From Takakia lepidozioides (lineage: Eukaryota > Plantae > Bryophyta), in NCBI GenBank assembly GCA_030704615.1, contig CM060733.1, positions 8,990,001 to 9,054,000 on the forward strand: DNA of 64,000 nt, written 5' to 3'. Positions 23,805-36,330 of the stretch are shown piece by piece; positions within the stretch are counted from its first letter, which is position 1, and every line of letters starts with the position of its first letter. The translations under genes were made by a program, and so were the position numbers. The notes under the pieces are model-generated. The model had not been told where the DNA came from. It searched no databases and saw only the letters and a program-made list of their open reading frames with translations.

Positions 23805-24386
23805 GAAGGGGTTGGGCTTTTGGCTCAGCCTCAAGACTTTCAAAGTTGGTAAACAGAGGTACAGGCACAATTCCCTTGATAGATTTGAAGAGACCGTCTC
23901 TTTGATGAGAGAACCCCGGACATCAGAAAATGAATATTGTCTTCCGGTTGCCCACACAACGAGCAATTGCACTCTGTTTACTGTTCAAAGGTAGGCTTCA
24001 TGCCTTGAGTTTAAATTTCAGTCTGGTGCCAAGAGTGGGATAGACCCTTGAGCACATCCATGATGTCCTCTCCCATGTCACAGACTGGAAACAAGTTCAG
24101 GGAAGTTTTCTTCCTAACTTCATTTTCATCAAACAATTTTCTGGTAATAGACATGGCTTTGGACACTACACTCTCTAAGTCAGATTTATCCAACAAGGTC
24201 AAGACTTGCGGGCCAGATTCAGATCCTTGAGAATCTCTTCTACTCTCTTCTGCCAGGGCTTAGCTTGTTTGACAGGGTGGTCATGTTTCCAAGATATAGA
24301 GTAGATTAACTTAGGTCATCTGGTGTTGGACATATGTTGTAGCTGAACCCACCATCTAACCTTGAATTTATCTCGTCGGGAGCTTA
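23805..24386 (-). mobile_element. LINE fragment, third copy of the intronic family
   Basis: Reverse complement matches 10348-10930 (TLLDKSDLESVVSKAMS...KTSLNLFPVCDMGEDIMD). Confidence 0.7.
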
Positions 24387-24391
24387 AAAGA

Positions 24392-25321
24392 GAGCAGCAC
24401 AGAAGAGAGGGAAGATACTCATGTCATGTCAAGACATGGACAAGACCCACTAGGGTCATTGTCAATTAAAGACATAAACAGCCCATGACAGGGCACCATC
24501 TAACACTTCCATTCTTGTCATAGCATACCAAGTGACAACTCCCATTCAGTCATGATAAAACAGGGTGGGGGGGCGGGGTTTATTCATGTTCAGATTCCTG
24601 ACATGTACCCAAGTGACCCTCTTGCACAATACAAGTTAAATTGCAGCCTCAGATTATAACACAAGCATCTTGATGGACCAGCTTGTAGTTTATCATATTC
24701 CAAGCATGCAACCAATTAATCTCTTGGGCATGACAAAATATAATGCAGCCTCACTCTTTACCATTTGTAAGTAACCCAAGACATGCATCATGCAAGGCTC
24801 CTTGGGTAGGTAAGAACAGCCTGCCCTACTACAGATTCAAGATATGTTCACAAGCACCTTGAAGGACCAGCCTGCAATTTATCATATTTCAAGCATGCAA
24901 CCAAGTAATCTTCTTGGGCATGACAAAACATATTGCAGCTTCACTCTTTGCCATTTGTAAGTACCCCAAGACATGCATCATGCAAGGCCCCTTGGGTAGG
25001 TAAGAACAGCTTGCTATACTACAGATGCAAGACATGTATACACAAGCATCTTGATGGACCAACGTACAGTTTATTAGATTCCAAACATGCAACCAAGTAA
25101 CCTTCTTGGGCATGACAAGACAGACTGCAACTTCATTCTATACCATGTATAATTGCCCAAGACATGCATCATGTAAGGCATCTTGGCATGGAAGAAAGGC
25201 CTGTCATATTACAGATTCAAGATATGGACACACAAACACTTTGAGTGCCCGAGACCAAGCCCACTTGGCCAAAAAATAAATCATACATTGCAGGTGTCTG
25301 GTCTGATGGCAAAATAAGGCA
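24392..25321 (+). repeat. ~0.93-kb direct duplication, copy 1, with internal ~190-bp tandem subrepeats
   Basis: Matches 27114-28027; anchor cccaagacatgcatc at 24775, 24965 and 25156. Confidence 0.85.
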
Positions 25322-25641
25322 TACTCCGGGTTCCACAATCCTCACTAATCCGTTGATTTTGTGGGGGCTTGTGATGGGACCAGGTGAGGATCCTCACTTA
25401 CTTTGAAATTTCTTGAGCATGCAGTTGGGGATATGGGCTGAGGAGATCTGTAAGTTATCGCGCCTTGAAGTGGCTGCCGCCTGCAGCCCCGAATTCAACC
25501 CGACTGCTCCCGGTTTGGCATGCTACAGCCTATGTTTTGGATTTTGTTGTTCTGTCGTCGATGGGGCAACTCGACCTGCCTAGTCTGTCTCCTGAGGCCT
25601 GCATACAGACCATACCATATCTTTTGATCCTTGACAGCAGG

Positions 25642-26250
25642 CACTACTACGTTTGGGGGGGTTTAGCGATGCCCCAGCGACCTCCAACCGCCGCGATTAG
25701 CGACGAAAATACTCTACAGCGCCCGGGGCGCGCCAAGGCATTTTGCGACGTCGGGAAGTCGTAGAGACGTCACTCCCGGAATGTCGCTAATTAGCGTCGT
25801 CGGGGAATCGCAAACCCCCGAGACCCCCCGGCCGCGACGCCGACGCGACTTCCAACGTCCGGGCATCGCAAATATATATATATATATAATTATTTTTATT
25901 TTTATTTTTATTTTTTCTGCGACGCCACATAAGGGACGTCCGTGGGTCGTAAATGCGACCCCCAGACGTCACAGTTTAAGGGGTACATTTGAATTTAGGT
26001 GGGAAAACTTGAATTTGAATTTGAAATTTGAATTTCAAAAACTAGTTGATCATTGACTCGACATTGACCATTGACTCCGGTTTTGTTCAATGGCAGTTCA
26101 TACATTGTTCTACATATATTAGGCAATGCATACTTGAACCTATGACCTCCACATTATAACATTTCTAAGACACTACACACTAACCAACAAATCTATAATA
26201 CATCTATGTATCACAAAAGCAGTCCAAGTATATATATACATATCAAGAGT
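25642..26250 (-). mobile_element. CACTA terminus and subterminal region (GCGACG family)
   Basis: CACTACTACGTTTGGGGG at 25642; 25960-26248 is the reverse complement of ~21480-21740; partner TIR not found. Confidence 0.75.
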
Positions 26251-26489
26251 TAGCTCCTAGTGACTACCATTATCTCAATCTTATCATTGTGTTGCAGATT
26301 ATGCGTACTCTACAGGAGCTCTCACACCTGAACTTGCACCGGGACTTGTCCCCAGAGTTCTTCAAGAATAAATATCTATCAATGGCCCAAGTTTTGCAAA
26401 ACTGTATTGTAACTTATTATTGGACAATGGCTGTAGTCTGAGGATGCCAAGCCCATTATGTTCTATAATATACTCCCATAATCAATTTT

Positions 26490-26597
26490 CCGCGACGTCC
26501 CCAGGACGTTGGGGAATCGCAGCGCCACAGCCCAGCGATGCTTTTGCGACGGTCAGGCGCTCCTGCGACGGTGGGGAATTTAAAAAAAAAAACAAAA

Positions 26598-26629
<32 letters not shown>

Positions 26630-27019
26630 TCCGGGCATTGATGAAATTCTTCATATATATATATTTATTTATATTTAGATTGCTTTTGTGATACATAGAT
26701 GTAGCATAGGTGTGTTGGTTAGTGTAGTATCTTAGAAATGTTATAACGTGGAGGTCTTAGGTTCAAGTATGCATTGCATGATATATGTAGAACAATGAAC
26801 ATATCGTCATTAGACAGAACCGGAGTCAATGGTCAACAAGCTTTTTAAATTCAAATTTCAAATTCATATTTTCCTGCCTAAATTCAAATGTATCCCCTTA
26901 AATTGCGACGTCCGGGTGTCGCACTTTGCGACCCTCGGACGGTGCTAATTCTGCAATGCAGAGTAGTTTTTTTTTTTTTTTTTTTTTTTTGCGATGCCCG
27001 GGCGTTGCAAATCGCGTCG
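26490..27019 (+). mobile_element. CACTA internal/subterminal fragment (GCGACG family)
   Basis: 26650-27019 is a direct diverged copy of ~21485-21820. Confidence 0.7.
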
Positions 27020-27113
27020 TGAATGACATGACGTGAATATCTTCCCACTCTCTCCCTCTCTCTTTTTAACTTTTTCTACCCCCTCTCTCTCTCTTTGGTT
27101 TTTTTTTTTTTGT

Positions 27114-28027
27114 GAGCAGCACAAAAGAGAGGAGAGATGGAAGATACTCAGTCATGTCAAGACATGGACAAGACCCTACTAGGGTCATTGTCAATTAAAG
27201 ACATAAACAGCCCATAAATAGGGCACTATCTAACACTACCAGTCTTGTCATAGCAGACCAAGTGACAACACCCATTCAATCATGATAAAACATGGTGGGA
27301 GGGAGTGGTTTATTCATGTTCAAATTCCTGTAAATAACCCAAGACATGCACCATGCAAGGCTCCTTGGGTAGGTAAGAACAGCCTGCCCTGCTACAGATT
27401 CAGGGTATGTTCATACAAGCACCTTGAAGGAGCAGCCTGCAATTTACCAGATTTTAAACATGCAACCAAGTAATCTTCTTGGGCATGACAAAACATATTG
27501 CAGCTTCACTCTTTGTCATTTGCAAGTACCCTAAGACATGCATCACGCAAGGCTCCTTGGGTAGGTAAGAACAGCCTGTTCTACTACAAGATTCAGGATA
27601 TGTTCATACAAGTACCTTGAAGGACCAGCCTGCAATTTATCAGATTTCAAGCATGCAACCAAGTAAACTTTTTGGGCATGACAAAACATATTGCAGCTTC
27701 ACTCTTAGCCATTTGTAATTATCCCAAGACATGCATCATGCAAGGTCTCTTGGGTAGGTAAGAACAGCCTGTAGTTTATCAGATTCCAAACATCCAACCA
27801 AGTGACCCACTTGGGCATGACAAGCCAAACTGCAACTTCATTCTACACCATGTATAATTGCCCCAAGACATGCATCATGTAAGGCATTTTGGCATGGAAG
27901 AAAGGCCTGCCATGTTACAGATTCAAGATATGGACACACAAACACTTTGAGTGCCCGAGACCAAACCCTACTTGGCCAAAAAATAAATCATACATTGCAG
28001 GTGCATGTCTGATGGCAAAATAAGGCA
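27114..28027 (+). repeat. ~0.92-kb direct duplication, copy 2, with ~190-bp subrepeats
   Basis: Matches 24392-25321; anchors at 27338, 27529 and 27723. Confidence 0.85.
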
Positions 28028-29469
28028 AATAATCTCTAGCAACGGTCCAGTAGAGCTTACCAACACTGTTTTCCATAAAGCTTATGCCAGGTTTTGCAAA
28101 TAAAATTTCACACCAAATACAGGCCGAAAGAGGCCTGTCATTGCCTTATCAGGCTGCCATCTTTAAAAATATGGCCTCCTCTTCCTTAGAACCTAACAGC
28201 CATTGATGCCTTACCCATAAACCATAATTCTTCTTTTAAGGCCAAAACAGTACCTAGCTTAAAAATCCACAAGCAATGTTGTCAAAGATTCAAGACAAGA
28301 TAAGGTCTAGATGTTGGGCTTCAAGAGACAAGCCTTCCAGGCCGAAGTACTCCATCAAAGGCAGCAAAACATAAGTCAAAAGTAAGCATCAACATGCCAA
28401 ACCAGGAGCAAGCGGGCCGAAATCGGGGTTGCAGGCAACAGCCAAGTCAAGACGCCATACACAATAGGTTCCCTTTGCCCACATCCTTATCTGCAAGCTC
28501 AAGAGAATTCAAAGCAAGTAGGGATCATCACCTGGTCCCATCACAAGCCCCCACAAAAACCAACAGGTTAGTGAGGATTGTGGATCACAGACACCTACAC
28601 TTGTCATCGATGTCAACTAAGAACCTCAAAAGCAAGAGAGAAAGACATAAAGCAAAAGGAACCCTAATCACCAAAAGCACCTTGAGCGATTGGGGAAGAT
28701 AATTGTGCGTCATCGCCACCAGCAAGCCACCTCCAGCAAAGCTAAGAAGAAGTGAAGCATACAAGCACTCTTGCTAGGTTTAAGAAGGGAGAGAGAGATA
28801 CTTCCCAACACAAGCGCCGCTACGAAAATTAAAAGCTAGAGGAAGAAAAGAGACGATGCATTCACAGCATTGTCTCCCGCCTGTGATAAGAGACAAAACG
28901 CCGTCATTGCGCATCCCCAGGAAATCGTCCAGCATAGGTACGATGCAGCAAACATGGTAGCAGCAAAACGCAGACGCCATAACTCTCATCTCGCGAGCTC
29001 AGAAGCACGAGCAGTGCTTCTGACGGCGGGAGAGACACCCTAGGGCTCATGCCCGATTTTTCATCCGTGTAGGATGAGTAATCAACACCATACTTTTCGA
29101 AACCCGACGGATGTCATCTATTAGCTAGGTTTAAACAGTAGGTTATAGGGTAGGGTTTAGGGTTTCACTCCTTAATTAACCATAATTAAGGGTAATTAAT
29201 CATCAGTCCAGGGCCATCATAAGCTGCATATTTCATCCGATTCAGATGAAAAAGTCAATAAGTTCATCCGTTGGAGACAGTTCGTCAGTAGGATGGAAAA
29301 ACAATAAATAACATCCAAAGCATCGGTTTCACATCCTAACAGGTAATTCAACATCCCAAAAACAAATGCCTCATCCCGTACGGAAAAAAGCCATAAAAGA
29401 GGAATGAACAAATTAATATCCTGGTATTTTTCATCCGGTATGGATGGAAAAAATATATATATGATGCCA

Positions 29470-32443
29470 GTATCAACCCCTACAGAGGTAATTCTTCCTC
29501 TTGGCTGAGCATGCACAACCACCTTCCAATTCCCCCCTCTTGTTTTGTCATCGGAGAAGAAAACTTGCTCCATGTCTGAAGGCCGTGAAAAATGTCTATT
29601 GGAGGGACGATGAGTAGGGTTGAGCCTATCTACATTGACGCACATGAAACCACAATCATCTTGCACTAGTGTTGCGGAGGGCCCCACAAGATGTGGCTGG
29701 AACCACCTTCCCTTGAAGAGAAGAGGCCGGTACCTTGTATACTGAAGTTGGAGTATGCTCTCAAGCTCTCCAATGTACTCAAGTTTGCTCATAGCAGGTC
29801 GTGTATCTCCCTTGCCCCACACGGAGTCTTGCCAATATGTGGCACACAAGCCAGAATCAAAGGTTGTTTTGTGCTTCATGTCAAGAGCACAAATGTGGAA
29901 ATGACGACCGTGAACCCAAACCGCCGTGTATGAGGTCGCGAATTGAGAGGGGCCCCTTGCAATGTCTTGCACCAAATCTGAAACCACCTCTCCTTGAGCA
30001 ACGGCGTCATAAACTGAAGTCCAAAACCACTGTTGGAATGAACTTAGATGCTGCAATTCCATGGGCAAATTTTGTGAAAGAACATTCCGGCGGCCCGCTC
30101 CTCGTCAAGGACGTCTAGTAACCGGCCTTGGATGGTTCCGCCTCCATGCAAGCGTCTCCTCCTCTCGTTGCTGAACAAGGTATATGCATGGGATCTAGAA
30201 GATGGCGAATCTTCAGGTCCTACATATATCTCCACCCACAAACACTTACACAAATATTTTGACGTGAAAGTGACAATGTAATTCATACAAAATGTGCAAT
30301 ATCACATGCATGGTGTTCTTGTGGAATATGTACCGCCCAATATGGCAACTCATAGAAGATTGAAAGTCGTTTCATGTCGGGCACGTCCACTTCACCGTCT
30401 GTGCCCGCATGGGCCTCTTTCCATCGGTCCTCCCAAAACTGCCCGGATGGTGTCACAGGGTGGGGACGTACTTCATCTTTGCCATCAAACAAGTGTGTTT
30501 TTTTTTTTTCTCCATCGATGGCTCATAGGAAGAAACTTGCGGTAGTTGGGATACACCATCTTGTGAAGATGGCGGGAGCTATGTGCATCAAGATCATCGC
30601 CACAATGCAAGCATGCATAGTACCATTTGGTGCTTAGCCCCGAGCAAACAGTTAGTCCTGTACTACACATCCCGCCACATTAGCAAAGACAAAAGTTGTC
30701 ATGTGCATGGCCCATAATGCCATCTACCCCACTACGGTGCACAAGACTGTCGCCGCTACTTCAATCCCAATCCTCATCGATATTATCCGGCATTGACAAG
30801 TGAATGTACACGGGTTGTTCATGGGGAACACAATATACCTAGATAATCATGCATTGTCCAAAGCAAGATGTCTCTCATCTGAAAAGATAGTCCGGCCATA
30901 GGGTCAAGTGAAGTATCCAATGCCGGGACCCCCCTCCATAGCTCCTTAAGTTCATCAACAAGAGGTCGCAAGTACGTGTCCATGTTTGCCACTTGTTTTT
31001 TCCCTATGAGACATTCACATCATTGTTTCAATGCTCCACCAATATGCAAATTATACTACAAAATGAATTACACGTCTTACTCCATGATTATGTCACTCAT
31101 CAATCTTGCATCCGAATTGCGCCAGAGATCAGAAGTTTAATGTAAAGTTGAAGGCAATAATAAACATGAAATAAGAACACTCACCTGACACAATGGCAGC
31201 CAACATGATATGGTCTTTTTTAATTGAAAGATACGGAGGGATGTTGTAATTCACCATGGTCACCGGCCAAGTGGAATGACTACATGACTGGACAGAGAAT
31301 GGGTTGACCCCATCCGAAGAGAAGCCGAGGTGGACATGTCGTGGGTCCTCCAAGAGAAAAGGCCACATCTCTTCAATATGCCTCCATGCTATCTTGTGGC
31401 CCGCACACCTGTCCCGGGGGGCTCCGATGTGAGGCGTGCTATCTCATTAGTCTAGCCAATTCGAGGCTTCGGTACTGTGCCCTCAATTGCGGGATGATCG
31501 GAAAGTAATGCATTTTCTAGGATGAAATACCCCACGTCCCCCACATGTAATCATCCCATTAGCACACATAATACAACACCCTTATGTCTTTCCCTTTATG
31601 CAGCCTCTCCCTCATTTGGGCGTGAATGGTCAAAACCGAACGTCGCTCCTTCCACTCCTCACTCACTCCTTCCAAAACCACAATCAGATCTTGCATGAAT
31701 ACTACTCTCTAAACCCTAAACTTTGTGGAATACACTTTACATGCATTGAGAAGATTAAATAAAGTAATTTCCATGCGAAGGGAAATGGCGCTTATACCTT
31801 GCGTGGTACTTTTTTCCCTTGGACATCATCCCGATATCGGTTTTTCTTGCACTTTGGGCACTTGGTGAGACGCGAATCCTCTCCGTAGTATAGGGTTTTA
31901 TGACATAGACATGCATGAAAAATCTTATAGCCCATCCCCACAGAGTCCAAGACTTCGCGCGCCTCTTTCTGCGACCGTGGCATCTTGGGTTTCAAGTGTG
32001 GAGCAAGGATATAATCCGCAATAGTTCGCATTATGGCAGACATCCCAACATTACTTATGTCAAATCGAATTTGAAGATTGAGCAAAAAAACTTCGACTCA
32101 CTTAGCTTTCGCCCCTTCGTACAAGGGAGTTCTCGTCTCCCTCTCCATGTCATTTGAGGGGGCCATTTGAGGATCATCGATTGACCGGGTTCCCTCTCCA
32201 TGGGATGCATCAGTGCCCACATGATGCATTAAGAGATCCTCCATGGCTTGCACATCCTTCTGGTTAATTTCATGCTCATTGTTGTTGTCACTGTCACTGT
32301 CACTATCATCGTCATCATCGTCCGGTACCGTGGGGGCGGCGTCTCGCCCACGGCTCCCACCTGATGTACTTGGGTTGTTTCCGGATGGGGTGCTAAGAGA
32401 AAGGATCGGGAAGTAGAGTAACAAGTTGCGGAAGACGAGGACG
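29470..32443 (-). pseudogene. CACTA (En/Spm) Tnp2/TnpD transposase pseudogene with introns
   Basis: RTPLYEGA; FHACLCHKTLYY...CPKCKKNRY; HYFPIIPQL; DPRHVHLGFSSDGVNPF...STWPVTMVNYNIPP; DTYLRPLVDELKELW; LLWTMHDYLG; SIFYELPYW; DUF4216-like YIGELESI...GRWF...QVFFSDD...WKVV. Has stops and frameshifts; the DUF4218-like segment appears deleted near 30250. Confidence 0.9.
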
Positions 32444-33532
32444 CTGAAGACATGTTAGGAGGTGATCATACTGCAATGCAATGACATGAACATTGTGAAG
32501 AAGGTGTGTCAATTGATTTGGGGAAAGTCCTGATACGAACAAATGAACATACGGACATATATTATAATGTGTCCTTGCAACCATACAACTTATTATAAGC
32601 GAAATGCAAACAACGACCTTCAATGTGTGCATACATCAAATATGTCATTCAATAATTACATGTATGTGCGCAACGTCACGCATGCAAAGTTTCAAACCCA
32701 AACAAAATCATTTGCCCCCCCAAGGATGTGTTCACCCTATCAACCAATTTTTGTTTATTAATGTGAAAGAAAATCTTCTCGTGCCATTGCACTCATCAAA
32801 TGGATGTGGCTCAAGCTTCATTTTTTCCCACATGTGCTTAAATATGTGTGCAACACCTGTGCAAAGATCCAGCAGAAAAAAAAAAACATTTGCCTCCCCA
32901 ACGACGCACTCACCCTTGCACCAATTTTGAATTAAATCGAATTTAAATGAATCTAAAATAAATATTTGTATTTAAAAAATATATGATTGCGGTTTTGAGG
33001 GGCGTAATGATTTTTGTTTTTGCTCTATTTTTCTGTGACATCGGGCTTTGCACCACTACATCCATGCAAAAAAATGGAAAAAAAAATATTTAACCAAAAA
33101 AATAAAAATAAAAATAAAAATTCTAGGGTCACTTTCGCAGAACTCTCTATGAAGAGTGCATGAAATTGAAGATAACTCAACTTTGGAATGCAAGGAGAGA
33201 ACAAAAATATGGTTCTGGGTCCAAATGACTTTTGTTTACTCCCAAATTTTGCACGCACATTGCATATGCTATCATTAAGCATATGGCTTGAAAATGAAAT
33301 TTAAAAAAAAAATCATGTGTAGGCGAAACGCAATTTCCCGTCTCTACGACACGTAGCTGCGTTCAACACTAGAATGACCCATTGAATGAACTTGGTTCAA
33401 GCTCATATTTGGTCCACATGTGCATAAGTATATTTAGATCACATATGCAAAGTTGCAACCCACACGAGAAACAAGAAAAATATTTACATCAATCGATTAA
33501 TCGGATGTATACAAAGTACATCATGAGAATAT

Positions 33533-34603
33533 CTACAATGCCCCTCTACACGATCCCTGTCTCAAAAGAACCCTATTTCTATCATACACATCCCACTCAC
33601 GCTGTAATCGGAGGTCCCAATCATCCCAGGAGAACTCGTATGATGCAAATAGTTTGCTGCCAGCCCTAATAGTCCTACTAGCACATGTCATCACAAACAT
33701 GTGCATCATCTCACAGTATACCGACGTATGACCACAAAAGCTCTCATGCCCATCGCTTCGCTCGTCCCATACTACATTGGTTCTCCTAGGATGACCAAAT
33801 GAACTGTTGACCAGCCCAGCAACATTGCCGATGCTATCGGGGTAACCATCACAAAATCTGATCTCAATGGGAGAGAACCCTCGTCTACGTACATCATGTC
33901 CGTTGACACACAAAATGTAGGGTAGGATGTATGGGGCTTCGAGGCGTAATGTACATAACTCCCCGGAGGTGTAATATGGACCGTAGTAGGGAAACAAGTC
34001 CACCATGCTGTTTCTCCGAGAAGGAATCACAATATCATTGACCGTGAATAAACCCTGATCTATAGCAGGGTCTGTAGCGGCTCTCACAACATATCGTCTC
34101 CCCCAATACTCGAACTCCACATTCTCTCGGATGGGGGTGGGAGGGTCGAGATGATTCCCCCAACAACGAGGCTGGATGGTCCTCAGTAACATAGTCCTAT
34201 GCGCTTCCCATCGGGGGCGAGGATCCGGCTCAGGCCGCCCAAGCCGAAGGGGAGGAAACCTAAGGCGAATCCGACCCCTCATAGGGGTTCGGGGGGCACA
34301 TGGAGGTGGAGGTGGAGGTGGAGGTGGAGGCGGTGGTGGTACTGCTGGCGGAGGAGATGAAAGTGGAGGTGGTTGAGGATATAATGCCGGAGGTGCAGCC
34401 GGGGGTACAACGTCTGGATCAGGTACTACCGGAGGTGGATCAGGCAAAGAAACAGACAGGGAGGGGGGGGGGGGGCCCACAATCGGCCTGCAAGCTGCGA
34501 CTGCATGTACGGTGCGGAGAATCATCAGATGAGGACACTGGATCAGGGGGACCGCCTGAGGAAACTGGAGGAGAGAGGGGGGGGGGGGGTGGGGCATGCT
34601 CAT
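33533..34603 (-). CDS. Proline-rich protein with a C-terminal SET-domain-like region (~33635-34090), transposon-associated; N-terminus probably frameshifted
   Basis: SET motifs in order: DQGLFTVNDI, PYYG, FCDGYPDSIGNVAGLVNSS...TN, ASRTIRAGSKLFASY. Confidence 0.7.
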   Translation of the reverse strand: MSMPHPPPPSLLQFPQAVPLIQCPHLMILRTVHAVAACRPIVGPPPPSLSVSLPDPPPVVPDPDVVPPAAPPALYPQPPPLSSPPPAVPPPPPPPPPPPPPCAPRTPMRGRIRLRFPPLRLGRPEPDPRPRWEAHRTMLLRTIQPRCWGNHLDPPTPIRENVEFEYWGRRYVVRAATDPAIDQGLFTVNDIVIPSRRNSMVDLFPYYGPYYTSGELCTLRLEAPYILPYILCVNGHDVRRRGFSPIEIRFCDGYPDSIGNVAGLVNSSFGHPRRTNVVWDERSDGHESFCGHTSVYCEMMHMFVMTCASRTIRAGSKLFASYEFSWDDWDLRLQREWDVYDRNRVLLRQGSCRGAL

Positions 34604-34914
34604 CGCCGTCCATAACGCCTATGACACCTACGATACCCCTCAACCCTACGCATCTCATCTACGTGGTGCTGGGGGAACCAACTGGCCACATCGGGCACAT
34701 GCTCTGGCACAAATTTTGCAAGTAGACCGGCGCGAAATGCAATGTGATTGCGAATTTGGGCATCAAGTCGTGGCTGCAACATGCGTAGTGTACGACGCAT
34801 CAATACTTATGTCGTAATTTGGATTCATGTATGCTTACCAATCATACTATATTATTAGATAAACCAAATGTACTATAAATAAATGTTAATGAGAGGGGTG
34901 GAAAAAACACTCAC

Positions 34915-35323
34915 CTTTGCCGCATCCGCAATCCTGTTCTTCTTGTAATGTTTTTTCGACAACATGCGGTCGCCGCCTTGGTGGTCTGGCGCCGCCCGGC
35001 GTTATCCGTTCCCAACACTTAGTGCACCAACACTCAATCTTGTCGAGGGGGGGGGGTAAAAGGTGGACGTGGGTGGACGCCGGACGGGGTGGCCCGTGAG
35101 GGGGCAACCCGCGGCGCGTCCGACTCGATATCGGAGTGTCAATGTCCTCCGCATCACCTGAAATTTGGCCCCGGTCCCTTCTACGATTGTGCCCGGCAGC
35201 CTGTATTGGATCAGGTGCAATGGGTGGCTCCTCGCCACGAAAAACGGTCGCTCTAGGGCCACAATCAATATGTGGTACTACCTCCCTATCCTCGAGGGAG
35301 ACGGGTCGATGTTTCCTCATCAT
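34915..35323 (-). CDS. Upstream exon with a CxCxxC motif (resembles the CACTA transposase-associated domain)
   Basis: KIECWCTKC...HVVEKT...GKG followed by donor G|GTGAGT at 34914. Confidence 0.45.
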
Positions 35324-35649
35324 CGCATCCTAATTAACACACACCACCAGCACTTTCATTTATCAAAAACCGTTGGCGAAAAAACCCTATGCCTCAGCCT
35401 TGGGGCTTTCAAAATTGGTAAACAAAGGCGGAACATCCATATGGTGCTAGAGAGCACAAGACAATAAATCCTTCCTCACGTTCTATCTTCAGGATGCCCA
35501 CACCATGGAAATTTTTTACTGAGACACAACGCTTTGCGCTTATCAGATTGAACCATATTTTGGATATGTGAATCCTAATTACACCGTTTATCCTTTCAAC
35601 CCCAAGACCCACAACCAAAACCGCCAATCCAAAACCTTGCACCATTTAT

Positions 35650-36330
35650 TTCAATCTAAGGACTGTTATATGTAAGTTTGTCCTTATTCCCTCTGAAAAG
35701 CCTGCCATTCTGAAACATTGTTTTGTGAAGGGGCTGCCTCAGGCTGCTGAGAAGGTGTTTATCCAAAAGCAAACTTATACTTCTGAAGCCGAGATGATGG
35801 AGTTGATAGAAGAAAGGCTATGTCTAAAGGCTGCCAAGGCTGGCCTAGAACTACTAAGCACACTCACCTCTCTAGTGAAGGCAAAAGGGTTGAATGTACT
35901 GATGGGGACTTGAGGGTGACAGACAATGCAGATAGCTTGGTGACATCCATTGTGCATGAGTTATCATCTTTTCGTCATGAAATCGAAGACCAACTTCAGG
36001 CATTCAAGGCTGAAGTGAATTAACAATCCTCTAGTACAAATGGGTCAAGTCACAAGGGTGAGACTAACACGGGTACTAGGATGAAGCCAGGCTATCAGTG
36101 GTTGAATGCATGATTTGCAAATCCAAAGAACAAACACCAGGTTCTACCCTTACCAATCCAAACTACCTGCTCTCAGCGAACATTTTGAAAAAGAGAAAAC
36201 CCATAATGGCAATTTAAATGACCCAGGTTGTCTATGAGGGTGCCAGACGACCATGCCACGAACCCCAAAGTGATGGTAAGTGTAGTATTATCTCATGATT
36301 TCAAACTCATGCACTGTGAAACTTTCAAAC
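35650..36330 (+). pseudogene. Decayed gag-like fragment, possibly a continuation of the 13857-23133 ORF
   Basis: LKHCFVKGLPQAAEK...MMELIEE and a downstream coiled-coil-like stretch; many stops. Confidence 0.3.
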
